Assembly: GCA_017625035.1 (NCBI GenBank)
Contig: JAGALX010000014.1
Coordinates: 9,437 to 73,436, forward strand
DNA from: Clostridia bacterium
GTDB taxonomy: Bacteria > Bacillota > Clostridia > TANB77 > CAG-508
DNA length: 64,000 nt
Reading direction: 5' to 3'
The notes below the pieces were generated by a model. It worked only from the letters and a program-made list of their open reading frames with translations. It searched no databases and was not told the origin of the DNA. The position numbers and the translations under genes are program-made. Below are positions 1 through 7,856 of the stretch, piece after piece. Position 1 is the stretch's first letter; the number at the start of each line of letters is the position of its first letter.

Positions 1-183
1 TTTTAACAGTTTTCCAAATCGATTTATATTGTACTCATTTTCTGTAGAAAATTTTATTTTTTTTCTTATTTTTACTGTATTACTACTTATTAAATATCCT
101 ATAAGCTCTCTTTGTACTTGGTCTTTTTTATTTAAATTATTAATTTTGCTTAAGTCTTCTTTTGTTTGTGATGAAAAGGACAT
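1..183 (-). CDS. whiA: WhiA-like DNA-binding regulator, N-terminal part (gene runs off the window start)
   Basis: ATG at 181-183 (minus) follows AGGAGGTAA. Translation MSFSSQTKEDLSKINNL... matches the conserved MSFSxxxKxEL start of WhiA. Confidence 0.6.
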   Translation of the reverse strand, partial: MSFSSQTKEDLSKINNLNKKDQVQRELIGYLISSNTVKIRKKIKFSTENEYNINRFGKLLK

Positions 184-188
184 ACAGG

Positions 189-1035
189 TTACCTCCTTAC
201 ACTAGCTACAACTATTCTGTCGTTTTGACCTAAATCTTTTTTTGAATATATTTCATTATAGTAGCCAGTTTTATTTAATAATTTTATTACATCTTCTTTC
301 TGATCATATCCTATTTCTAAAAATAGTTTTCCGTTATTTGATAAATATTGGTGTGCTTTGTTTATAATTATTTTATAAAATTTTAACCCATCTTGTCCAC
401 CGTCTAAAGCTATATTTGGCTCTTTTTTTACTGAGGCATCTAAAGTATTAATTACATCTGTTTTTATATATGGTGGATTTGAAACTATAATATCAAAATC
501 GGTATCATCTATTTTTTCAAACATATCTGATTCTATAAATTTTATCTTTTTATGTAATAGATTTTTTTCTGCATTTAGTTTTGCAATTTGTAATGCTTTC
601 ATACTAATATCTGATGCAACAATTTGCGCATCTTCTACATATTTTGCAAGAGCTATTGCAATAGCTCCGCTACCTGTGCATAAATCTAAAATTTTGCATT
701 TTTTATTTTTATATAAATTTATAATTTCTTCTACCAAAATTTCTGTATCGGGTTGTGGTATTAGTACATTTTCATCAACATAAAAGTTTAATTTCATGAA
801 CTCTTGCTTGTTTGTTATATATTGAAGTGGTGTTCCGCTTAGATATTTTTTGTAATGTTTTTTTATATTTATCAACATCATAATCATTTAATTCCATATC
901 GAAAAAAATAATTATTTTTTCCTTTTTAATGTTGAAAACATATTCAATTATTTCTTTTGCAATAATAGTGGAATCATTGATATTTTTTTCTGATAAGTAT
1001 TTTTTTCCATAATTTAGTAAATCTTGTAATTTCAT
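189..1035 (-). pseudogene. prmC: Release-factor glutamine methyltransferase PrmC/HemK, split into two overlapping frames (775-1035 N-terminal part, 189-887 C-terminal part); needs a +1 shift
   Basis: The C-terminal frame has GTPLQYI, LDLCTGSGAIAI and VSNPPYI (NPPY) motifs. The N-terminal 67 aa lie in another frame. An in-frame AAG CGG AAC (CGG at 835-837) followed by GGA ACA CCA in the +1 frame would join them. Confidence 0.8.
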
Positions 1036-1072
1036 AATTTTAACCCTTTTATTTTATATTTTTTTATATTTT

Positions 1073-1330
1073 TATAGAACAAAAGCGGACATCTTTTAAT
1101 TCGCATCTGTTTATAACATTTTATCGTCCGCGTCTTTGTTCTCGCGCCAATTTTTGAAAAAAATTGTGTGCAATAGATTTTCTATAATAGGAAAGTACTC
1201 ACAGTCAAACTTTACTTCACAATAGAACTTTCCTATTATAGAACAAAAGCGGACATCTTTTAATTCGCATCTGTTTATAACATTTTATCGTCCGCGTCTT
1301 TGTTCGTGCGCCAATTTTTGAAAAAAATTG
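1073..1330. repeat. Structured intergenic repeat: two ~94-bp direct units (1073-1166, 1237-1330) flanking a 14-bp-stem hairpin (1183-1196 / 1227-1240); related copy at 7248-7416
   Basis: The units are near-identical. Each holds an imperfect long hairpin (GAACAAAAGCGGAC...GTCCGCGTCTTTGTTC) followed by GCGCCAATTTTTGAAAAAAATTG. Confidence 0.8.
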
Positions 1331-1333
1331 CAT

Positions 1334-1530
1334 AAAAAAAGCCCCCGCCTTAGCCGTAAGTTTGAGTGAAATTTTAAGGACCTGCTCTCACAGGTGGGTA
1401 TCTTGTTAAATGCTCCTGGGTTTCTTAATACTAGTTAAGCTTACACACCACATTTAAAGGCAGATTCCCGTTTTTTGTTTGTTGGTTCTAAAATTCCAGC
1501 CTACACGCACTATGCAGGGATTTTTTATTT
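1334..1530 (-). ncRNA. ssrS: Candidate ~190-nt structured sRNA, possibly 6S RNA
   Basis: No ORF. The 5' UCCCUGC...GGAAUUUUAG can pair with the 3' CUUAAAAUUUC...GCGGGGG to give a rod-like closing stem, ending in a GC-rich stem plus U7. An upstream TTGCAA-N17-(TGc)TAATAT promoter lies at about 1562-1590. Confidence 0.4.
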
Positions 1531-1596
1531 AATTTGTTTTCTTCGTTAAATATATATTAGCATAATTATTTTATCTTTGCAAGTAGTTTTTTTATT

Positions 1597-2340
1597 TTAT
1601 TTTTTCTGTATATTTTTATAGAATTCTTCCATTTTATACTCTTTTTCCAATTTTTCATTCAAATATAATTTCGTAAGTAAATCGAATTCTCTAATTGATG
1701 TTTCTGGTATATCAAAGGAAAAAATCTTTTTAGCGTTTACAGATGATACATATTTTATAGCATCATATGTAGTAATGTTTATATCTAAAGTTGATTTATC
1801 TATACGCCCACAATCTTCGCATTTTACAGAATCATCTCTTATACTAAAATATTTTATATTTTCATTTTTATTACAGGAACAACATTTGTCTATTTGTGGT
1901 TTAAATCCCATTATACATAATAATCTTAGTCTGAATACAGATAATACTAAATCTAAATTTTTATCTGTTTCGGATATTACATATAAAGTATTTAATAATA
2001 ATTGCAAAATTCTATATGTATTTTGATTTTCATCAGTAACATCGTTTACTATTTTTGAAATGTGAACTGCATATTTAAGCTTGTCTAGGTCAGTTCTTAT
2101 ATTGTAAAACACTTCTATTGTTTCGCAAGAATTTATTTTATATGAATTACTACTTTTGTATATCATGTAATCTCCAAAACAAAAATATTGGGTTGCTGCC
2201 ATAAGAGAGCTATTATTTCTTCTAGCTCCCTTTGCAGCACATCCAATTTTACCTGAGGGTGTTAACAATGTTACCATTTTGTCAAAATCGCCCATATTAT
2301 TTTCCGATAATATTATTCCCTTTGTTTTGAAGCTCCCCAT
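1597..2340 (-). CDS. recO: DNA repair protein RecO
   Basis: 247 aa. It has the RecO-type N-terminal OB region (KTKGIILSENNMGDFDKMVTLLT) and a Cys-rich zinc motif (CCSC...CEDC), and follows era as in other Firmicutes. Confidence 0.85.
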   Translation of the reverse strand: MGSFKTKGIILSENNMGDFDKMVTLLTPSGKIGCAAKGARRNNSSLMAATQYFCFGDYMIYKSSNSYKINSCETIEVFYNIRTDLDKLKYAVHISKIVNDVTDENQNTYRILQLLLNTLYVISETDKNLDLVLSVFRLRLLCIMGFKPQIDKCCSCNKNENIKYFSIRDDSVKCEDCGRIDKSTLDINITTYDAIKYVSSVNAKKIFSFDIPETSIREFDLLTKLYLNEKLEKEYKMEEFYKNIQKK

Positions 2341-2476
2341 ATTCTTTCACCTTAACATTATCTTGTAGTTTATTTTCATTTAATTTTTTCTCAATATTTT
2401 CAACTTCCACTAATTCCATAAAAGTATCAATATTACCTGTATTTTTAAAAGTATTCCATGCCATTTGTTTTATCAT
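2297..2476 (-). CDS. YqzL-like small protein
   Basis: MIKQMAWNTFKNTGNIDTFMEL resembles the YqzL family found between era and recO in Bacilli. It overlaps the recO start by 44 nt. Confidence 0.45.
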   Translation of the reverse strand: MIKQMAWNTFKNTGNIDTFMELVEVENIEKKLNENKLQDNVKVKEYGELQNKGNNIIGK

Positions 2477-2563
2477 ATGAATCATCTCCTCATTTGATAT
2501 TTAAATTCTAAATAAATTTATATATCTATATCTTTTGCTTTTGAATTTTTTTTATGCACTTTA

Positions 2564-3469
2564 TTATTGTAATTTGAATTTTTTTACTAAAGTGTCATTG
2601 TTTAGCCAATCTTCTTTTACTTTTACCCAGACTTTTAAATTTATTTTTGTATCTAACATTTTTTCTAAGTCTGTTCTTGCATATGATGCAATTCTTTTTA
2701 ACATATTGCCTTCTTTACCTATTATTATTCCTTTGTGGGAATTTCGTAGACAGTAAATTGTGGCTTCTACATCATATATTGGCTCCCCTGATTTTGTTTT
2801 TCTTTCTTTCATTTTTTCGGTTTCTACATATATTCCGTGAGGGACTTCATCGTCTAATAATCTTAGTGCTTTTTCTCTTATGGTTTCTTCTACTAATTGC
2901 CTTAGTGTTTGATCAGTATACTCATCTATATCATAATATGCAGGACCGGGTTTAAGATGCTTTTTTATTTCTTCTATTATGACTTCTAGGTTAATATTTT
3001 TTACTACAGATACTGGTATTATTGATTCGAAATTGTATTCGTCTTTATATAAATCAATTAATTTTGCAACATCTTCTTTTTTTACTAAATCTATTTTATT
3101 TATTAGTAAAATAGTTTTTTTACCGGATTGTTTTATTTTATCTAAAATTATTTTGTCACCTTTTCCAATTGTTTTTGATGTTCCATCTATTACAAATAAA
3201 ACTACATCAACATCAGAAACTACTCCGAAAGCAGTTTCTACCATTGTGTTTCCTAGTTTAGATTTTGGTTTGTGTATTCCTGGTGTGTCAATAAATATAA
3301 TTTGTAGGTCGTCTCTGTTTACTATTGCTCTTATTGCATTTCTTGTAGTTTGTGGTTTATTTGCAATTGCAGCTACTTTTTCTTTAACAAGACTATTCAT
3401 TATACTTGATTTACCTACATTTGTTCTTCCCATCATTGATACAAAACCTGATTTAAATTGTTCGCTCAT
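2564..3469 (-). CDS. era: GTPase Era
   Basis: Has the G1 motif GRTNVGKSS, DTPG and NKID motifs, and a KH domain at the C-terminus. Confidence 0.95.
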   Translation of the reverse strand: MSEQFKSGFVSMMGRTNVGKSSIMNSLVKEKVAAIANKPQTTRNAIRAIVNRDDLQIIFIDTPGIHKPKSKLGNTMVETAFGVVSDVDVVLFVIDGTSKTIGKGDKIILDKIKQSGKKTILLINKIDLVKKEDVAKLIDLYKDEYNFESIIPVSVVKNINLEVIIEEIKKHLKPGPAYYDIDEYTDQTLRQLVEETIREKALRLLDDEVPHGIYVETEKMKERKTKSGEPIYDVEATIYCLRNSHKGIIIGKEGNMLKRIASYARTDLEKMLDTKINLKVWVKVKEDWLNNDTLVKKFKLQ

Positions 3470-3477
3470 TTTTTCAC

Positions 3478-3960
3478 CTACTGTCTAGTTATTTTTAGCT
3501 TATTTAATATATTTTCTTCTTTTGCTCTCATTATACTTTTTTCTTCATCATTCATATGGTCATATCCAATTAAATGATAAAATCCGTGAACTATCATATA
3601 TGAAAGTTCTCTTTCAAAGCTGTGCTCATATTCTGTTGCTTGCTGTTTTACTCTTTCAATAGAAACAATTATATCGCCTAATATATCGTTTACAATATTG
3701 TTTTGCGTAGAAATTAGTTTATCTATTTCTTCTTTTTCAAACATTGGAAATGATAACACATCTGTTTCTTTGTCTATTTTTCTGTGTTCATTATTTATTT
3801 TTCTTATATATGATGGACAAGTTAAGGTTACACTTACATATAACCCTAACTTGTCCATATTTTCTTCTTGAAAGCATTTTGTTAATACTTGCTCTATTAT
3901 ATTTTCGTATTGATTATTTTGTTCGATTTCATGATAATTTATTTCTACTAATTTATTCAT
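3478..3960 (-). CDS. ybeY: rRNA maturation endoribonuclease YbeY
   Basis: Has the HGFYHLIGYDH zinc motif; 160 aa. Confidence 0.9.
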   Translation of the reverse strand: MNKLVEINYHEIEQNNQYENIIEQVLTKCFQEENMDKLGLYVSVTLTCPSYIRKINNEHRKIDKETDVLSFPMFEKEEIDKLISTQNNIVNDILGDIIVSIERVKQQATEYEHSFERELSYMIVHGFYHLIGYDHMNDEEKSIMRAKEENILNKLKITRQ

Positions 3961-3963
3961 TAT

Positions 3964-5208
3964 TTATTTTTTCACCTTTGCTTTCGCCTTGCTTTTTTTC
4001 TTTACCATTTCTTTTATATATATTCCGTTTTCAAGAGTTTTGCATTTATTGCTTAGATGCTTCATTTCACCTAATTCAACTAATTTTGATTTATAAAAAG
4101 CTATTATTTTGCAATATTTATTTTCATTAGATCTTACTTTTGCTAAATCACTTTTTATGAATAAAATTTCTTTTTGTAATAATTTTTCTTCTTCGTTTTG
4201 AATTTTTTCTATTTCTTGGTATTTTTTCCAGAAAGTTCTGTATTCTTGTCTTTGTTCTGCTTTTTCCCAGTATACTTTTGTTGATAATACTTTTAAATTA
4301 AATTCATCTATTAATGTTAATAATTGTTTATATGCTTTTTCTCTTTTTTTCAAAACTCTTGTATCTACAATTAGTTGTCTTAGGTCTTTTATTAGTTTAA
4401 TATAGCATTGCTCTGCAACTGTTAATGGTAAACTGTGTGTAAATAAACGTCTACTCATTCCTAATAATAGCATGTTTTTTTCAATCATTTCGTTTTGATC
4501 TAATCTGTTATTAGAATATTTTTTGTATTGGTTATATTCTTCTTTTATATCTGTATAAATTTCTTTTGCTGAATCTTTTTCCATTTTTTTAGGTAGAATG
4601 TTTATTATATATTCGTCTAATGTTGAAAATATTTTATCGTATATTTCTGTTTTTTCTTTTTCTGTGCTGCATTCTGTTAATTTTATAGAGTATTGTTTTA
4701 TAATATTTTTGTATAAAGCTTCCATTTTATCGCAATAGAAATCACTATATTTATTTATTAGTTTAGTTTTTCCAGACATTTCTACATTTTCATTGTCTAG
4801 CTCTAATAAGAATTTTTGTTTTCTGTATTTATATTCTGTGTAATCGTTGTCTTTTATGTGAATAACTAAGTAATATTTTGATAGAGCATTTTTTTCGAAT
4901 TCTGTTGCTGTATTATTTTTAACTTTTTTGTATATTGATTCTATAATATTTTTATCAATGGCTTCTAAATATAATGAATATGATTCTTCATACTTTTTTA
5001 ATAAAATACCTTTTCTGTCACTATCTTTTTCGTTTTGGATATAGTTTTCGTAATTTTTTAATAAATTATTTCTTTTCATTGAAATGATAACTCCATTTAT
5101 TCCCATTTTGCTTGGAGTTAATAATTTATTTAGTGTATTTGTTATTTTAGAAAAAAATGTTTTTTCAGTTTCATAAACCTTAAGGCTTTTTTCTTCCATC
5201 GTACTCAT
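3964..5208 (-). CDS. Hypothetical Lys/Glu-rich protein
   Basis: 414-aa ORF tightly packed between yqfD and ybeY. I recognised no motif. Confidence 0.55.
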   Translation of the reverse strand: MSTMEEKSLKVYETEKTFFSKITNTLNKLLTPSKMGINGVIISMKRNNLLKNYENYIQNEKDSDRKGILLKKYEESYSLYLEAIDKNIIESIYKKVKNNTATEFEKNALSKYYLVIHIKDNDYTEYKYRKQKFLLELDNENVEMSGKTKLINKYSDFYCDKMEALYKNIIKQYSIKLTECSTEKEKTEIYDKIFSTLDEYIINILPKKMEKDSAKEIYTDIKEEYNQYKKYSNNRLDQNEMIEKNMLLLGMSRRLFTHSLPLTVAEQCYIKLIKDLRQLIVDTRVLKKREKAYKQLLTLIDEFNLKVLSTKVYWEKAEQRQEYRTFWKKYQEIEKIQNEEEKLLQKEILFIKSDLAKVRSNENKYCKIIAFYKSKLVELGEMKHLSNKCKTLENGIYIKEMVKKKSKAKAKVKK

Positions 5209-5212
5209 CCTT

Positions 5213-6397
5213 TCATAATGCTATTTTTTCTTCGGTTCCAATATTTTCAAGCACTTCATATATAACTTCTACCTCTATATATTCTTCGCTTTCATTGGTA
5301 TTAATATACTTATTAACAATATCTTCGGTATTTTCTATTTGTGAGTTTAATTTTTCGGATAATTTATTTACTCCTATTTCTTTTGCTTCTTCTTTGGTGT
5401 ATATTTTTTCTTCTTCTATTAGTTCATAATTTTCTTTAACTATTAGTTCGAATGGTAAATAGAAATTTGAAGATACCTTTAATTTTTTTTCTGCACTTAT
5501 TGTATCATAAATTTCAAATTTTGAAAGCCTTTTATAGAAATTTATTGCAAAATTATTAATGTTTATTGAATATTTTTTTTCTGAATTTCCTGTTTTGTTT
5601 TTTACTTTTTGTTTATAATAGATTTTTTCTTTTTCAGAATACCATACTTTTGCAGTTACTTCACCTGTAGCATGAACATATCTTGTTCCTGTGTATTTTC
5701 CTTCTAACCATCCTGCAATTAGTACACTTCCGGCCTTTACAACATCTCCTTCTTTTACTTGCAAAGTTCCATTTTGTGCATTTGCATTTATTATCATTGC
5801 ATCTTTTTTTGCTACAATATTACAATATTCATCTTTATCGATAACTTCTGGTGCTTTATCAGCTTCTACAATTTCTATCACAGCATTAGTGCCAGAAATT
5901 TTTATTCCTACCCAAGATACATCGGATCTTTGGAGTCTTATTTTCTCAACAATTTTTTTAGCATCTACTTTATTTTTTAATTTTCCAATTTCAAGACCTT
6001 CTGATTTTACAATTTCTAATATTTCATCATTTGATATATTTACATTTCCTGTAATTTCTATATTCCATATAAATTTTGATAATGCAACTAGTGATAATAA
6101 CATTATCACTAGCGAAATTACAAATATTTTTCTTTTTCTATATTTGTTTAGAAAAAACGGAAGTCCTTTTTTTTCTTTTATTTTTACTTTACATTTATTA
6201 GATTTTGCAATTTTAGCAACTCTTTTAAATTCTTTAACAGGTATGTTTGCATGTATTATTGTAGTTTTTTCTCTTTTTAAACATTCTAAATATATTCCAT
6301 TATTTCTGCATATATTTATAAATTTTTCTATATAATATCCTTCAACTTCTATGCTTACATATCCTGTTATTGTAGTTTGAATTTTTTGTAAATACAA
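5213..6397 (-). CDS. yqfD: Sporulation protein YqfD
   Basis: 394 aa with one TM segment and YqfD-like architecture. TTG start follows AGGAGG, downstream of yqfC. Confidence 0.75.
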   Translation of the reverse strand: MYLQKIQTTITGYVSIEVEGYYIEKFINICRNNGIYLECLKREKTTIIHANIPVKEFKRVAKIAKSNKCKVKIKEKKGLPFFLNKYRKRKIFVISLVIMLLSLVALSKFIWNIEITGNVNISNDEILEIVKSEGLEIGKLKNKVDAKKIVEKIRLQRSDVSWVGIKISGTNAVIEIVEADKAPEVIDKDEYCNIVAKKDAMIINANAQNGTLQVKEGDVVKAGSVLIAGWLEGKYTGTRYVHATGEVTAKVWYSEKEKIYYKQKVKNKTGNSEKKYSININNFAINFYKRLSKFEIYDTISAEKKLKVSSNFYLPFELIVKENYELIEEEKIYTKEEAKEIGVNKLSEKLNSQIENTEDIVNKYINTNESEEYIEVEVIYEVLENIGTEEKIAL

Positions 6398-6409
6398 ATT
6401 AAGAACCTC

Positions 6410-6688
6410 CTAATCTTCTATTTTTTCAAAATCGATACTGTCTATTTCTCCTTCTATTATTATATCGTCCTTTGTCATTTCTTCCATTTTCATTCCTATT
6501 CCGTTTATGTTTATAATTCCAATACTCGTATTTATTCTTATGAAAATATCTTGATATTCTAGTATATTTTTGTAGTTTTCTATCATCATTTTTTTGAATC
6601 CCAAATTTGTTATTTTTGGAACTGTTGATATTATTTCGGATGGCATTTCTAATATTTTATTTATTCGGGTTAATTTATTTTTTTTCAT
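6410..6688 (-). CDS. yqfC: Sporulation protein YqfC
   Basis: MKKNKLTRINKILEMPSEII... with RBS AAAGGAGAT before the ATG at 6688. The ORF-track extension to 6784 runs into a GC-rich palindrome and is unlikely to be coding. Confidence 0.7.
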   Translation of the reverse strand: MKKNKLTRINKILEMPSEIISTVPKITNLGFKKMMIENYKNILEYQDIFIRINTSIGIININGIGMKMEEMTKDDIIIEGEIDSIDFEKIED

Positions 6689-6723
6689 TATAATTATATC
6701 TCCTTTGGATTGTTGCAAATTGA

Positions 6724-6798
6724 GCGCACACTTTGGATGTGAAAAATGTGCATTGGTGTGCATCCTAAGTGTGCGTTTTTTCACATCCCAGTGTGCGC
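6724..6798. terminator. GC-rich 23-bp-arm inverted repeat between the pdaA 3' segment and yqfC
   Basis: GCGCACACTTTGGATGTGAAAAA (6724-6746) pairs with TTTTTCACATCCCAGTGTGCGC (6776-6798). Confidence 0.4.
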
Positions 6799-6819
6799 GT
6801 CTCCGTCCTCAATGTGCAT

Positions 6820-7191
6820 TTATCTTTGAAATTCATCTAAAGTTTTAAATTCATATCCCTGCGCTTTTATTTGCTTAATGACTTCATCTAAAATATTACT
6901 ATTATCTTTTGAATTAGAATGTAATAAAATAATTGCTCCATTGTGAATATTATTTAGTATTTTTGTTTTTCCATAATCTTCTCTTCCTTGATTATTTTCA
7001 TCCCAATCATCATAAGCAAGTGACCACATTACTGTTGTGTATCCTAATGAATTTGTGTAATTAATTGTTCTTTCACTGAATTCACCTTTTGGTGGTCTTA
7101 TGTATTTCATTTCATAGCCAAACTTTTCATATACTGCGGTGTGTAATTTCATAACCTCATCTTTTATGGTGTTTAAATCTATTTCTGGCAT
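6820..7191 (-). CDS. pdaA: Polysaccharide deacetylase (PdaA-like delta-lactam de-N-acetylase), C-terminal segment of a split gene
   Basis: YIRPPKGEFSE, WSLAYDDW and ILLHSNSKDN match the C-terminal half of PdaA. The frame stays open upstream through HTVNHKS to the 15-bp repeat at 7201-7215. Confidence 0.8.
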   Translation of the reverse strand: MPEIDLNTIKDEVMKLHTAVYEKFGYEMKYIRPPKGEFSERTINYTNSLGYTTVMWSLAYDDWDENNQGREDYGKTKILNNIHNGAIILLHSNSKDNSNILDEVIKQIKAQGYEFKTLDEFQR

Positions 7192-7200
7192 GCTTTTGTG

Positions 7201-7215
7201 GTTAACAGTATGATT
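7201..7215. repeat. att core copy (left junction)
   Basis: Identical to 12119-12133; on the coding strand it encodes NHTVN. Confidence 0.8.
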
Positions 7216-7247
7216 ACCTAGGTGCTTAATGTCCTTATATTCGAAAA

Positions 7248-7416
7248 GAACAATAGTGGCGCATTTAAAACATTCTAACTTTTTTCAAATTATATTATGC
7301 GCCACGTATAATTGTTCGCGCGCCAATTTTTGAAAAAAATTGTGTGCAATGAATTTTATATGATAGGAAAGTCTAATTAGTTAAATTTTACTCGTATATT
7401 GAACTTTCCTATTATA
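7248..7416. repeat. Third copy of the structured repeat seen at 1073-1330
   Basis: Shares GCGCGCCAATTTTTGAAAAAAATTGTGTGCAAT and the ATAGGAAAGT...ACTTTCCTAT hairpin. Its long hairpin differs in sequence but stays paired (GAACAATAGTGGCGCA...TGCGCCACGTATAATTGTTC). Confidence 0.75.
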
Positions 7417-7450
7417 TAAAAAAAGTATGTGTATTCGCGGGTACACATAC
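7417..7450 (-). terminator. Rho-independent terminator (minus strand)
   Basis: 9-bp perfect stem GTATGTGTA/TACACATAC, followed by T8 on the minus strand. Confidence 0.55.
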
Positions 7451-7496
7451 GGATTATAAATGACTGTCAGTTTTAATAATTCCTATAATATTATTA

Positions 7497-7525
7497 TTGA
7501 CTTTTAAATATAATAATATTATAAT
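7497..7525 (+). promoter_or_regulatory. Sigma-A-type promoter TTGACT-N17-TATAAT driving a small plus-strand RNA
   Basis: Consensus-like boxes with a 17-nt spacer, embedded in a 12-bp inverted repeat (AATTCCTATAAT / ATTATAGGAAAT). Confidence 0.5.
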
Positions 7526-7531
7526 AATTAT

Positions 7532-7620
7532 AGGAAATGACAATTCCGTAAGATACGGTTTTGCCGATTTTAGTTAAATAAACCATTGAACTCGGTCAAA
7601 AGTAGAATGGTTTATTTTTT
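7532..7620 (+). ncRNA. Candidate ~90-nt antisense sRNA (type I antitoxin-like), convergent with the 37-aa peptide gene
   Basis: Lies between the promoter at 7497-7525 and the hairpin AAACCATT...AATGGTTT plus T-run ending near 7620. It has an internal CCGTAAGATACGG hairpin and no ORF. Confidence 0.4.
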
Positions 7621-7733
7621 TATTTATGTAGTTGCTTATCTACCCAGTTCTTATACAGAACTGTCATCAAGGCAACGTTTAATGTTAAAGATATCATAAA
7701 TGATATTATAAAAAATAGTATAACTTTAACCAT
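7620..7733 (-). CDS. 37-aa hydrophobic peptide, candidate type I toxin
   Basis: MVKVILFFIISFMISLTLNVALMTVLYKNWVDKQLHK. The RBS is AAAGGTGGGTGG. An upstream CCACCC can pair with the RBS GGGTGG. A possible TAGACA-N17-TATAAT promoter lies near 7810-7845. Confidence 0.45.
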   Translation of the reverse strand: MVKVILFFIISFMISLTLNVALMTVLYKNWVDKQLHK

Positions 7734-7856
7734 AAACACCACCCACCTTTCCTACGATGAATCGTATAATATTGGGTGGCAAAACCGTTCCACTAATTAT
7801 CAATTTCCTATGTCGGATATTATATAACAGAATATTTGTTCTGTCTATATTAATAT

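Noticed and set aside
1073-1330. Possible CRISPR array or tandem repeat locus upstream of prmC
   Set aside because: There are only two ~94-bp units separated by a hairpin. The unit length and internal hairpins are unlike CRISPR repeats, and no cas genes or spacer periodicity are present.
2535-3488. Plus-strand ORFs overlapping era (2535-2756, 2647-2955, 2979-3488), and similar antisense ORFs in yqfD, htpG, adhE, smc and gdpP
   Set aside because: They are antisense shadows of well-supported genes, with hydrophobic low-complexity translations typical of AT-rich antisense frames.
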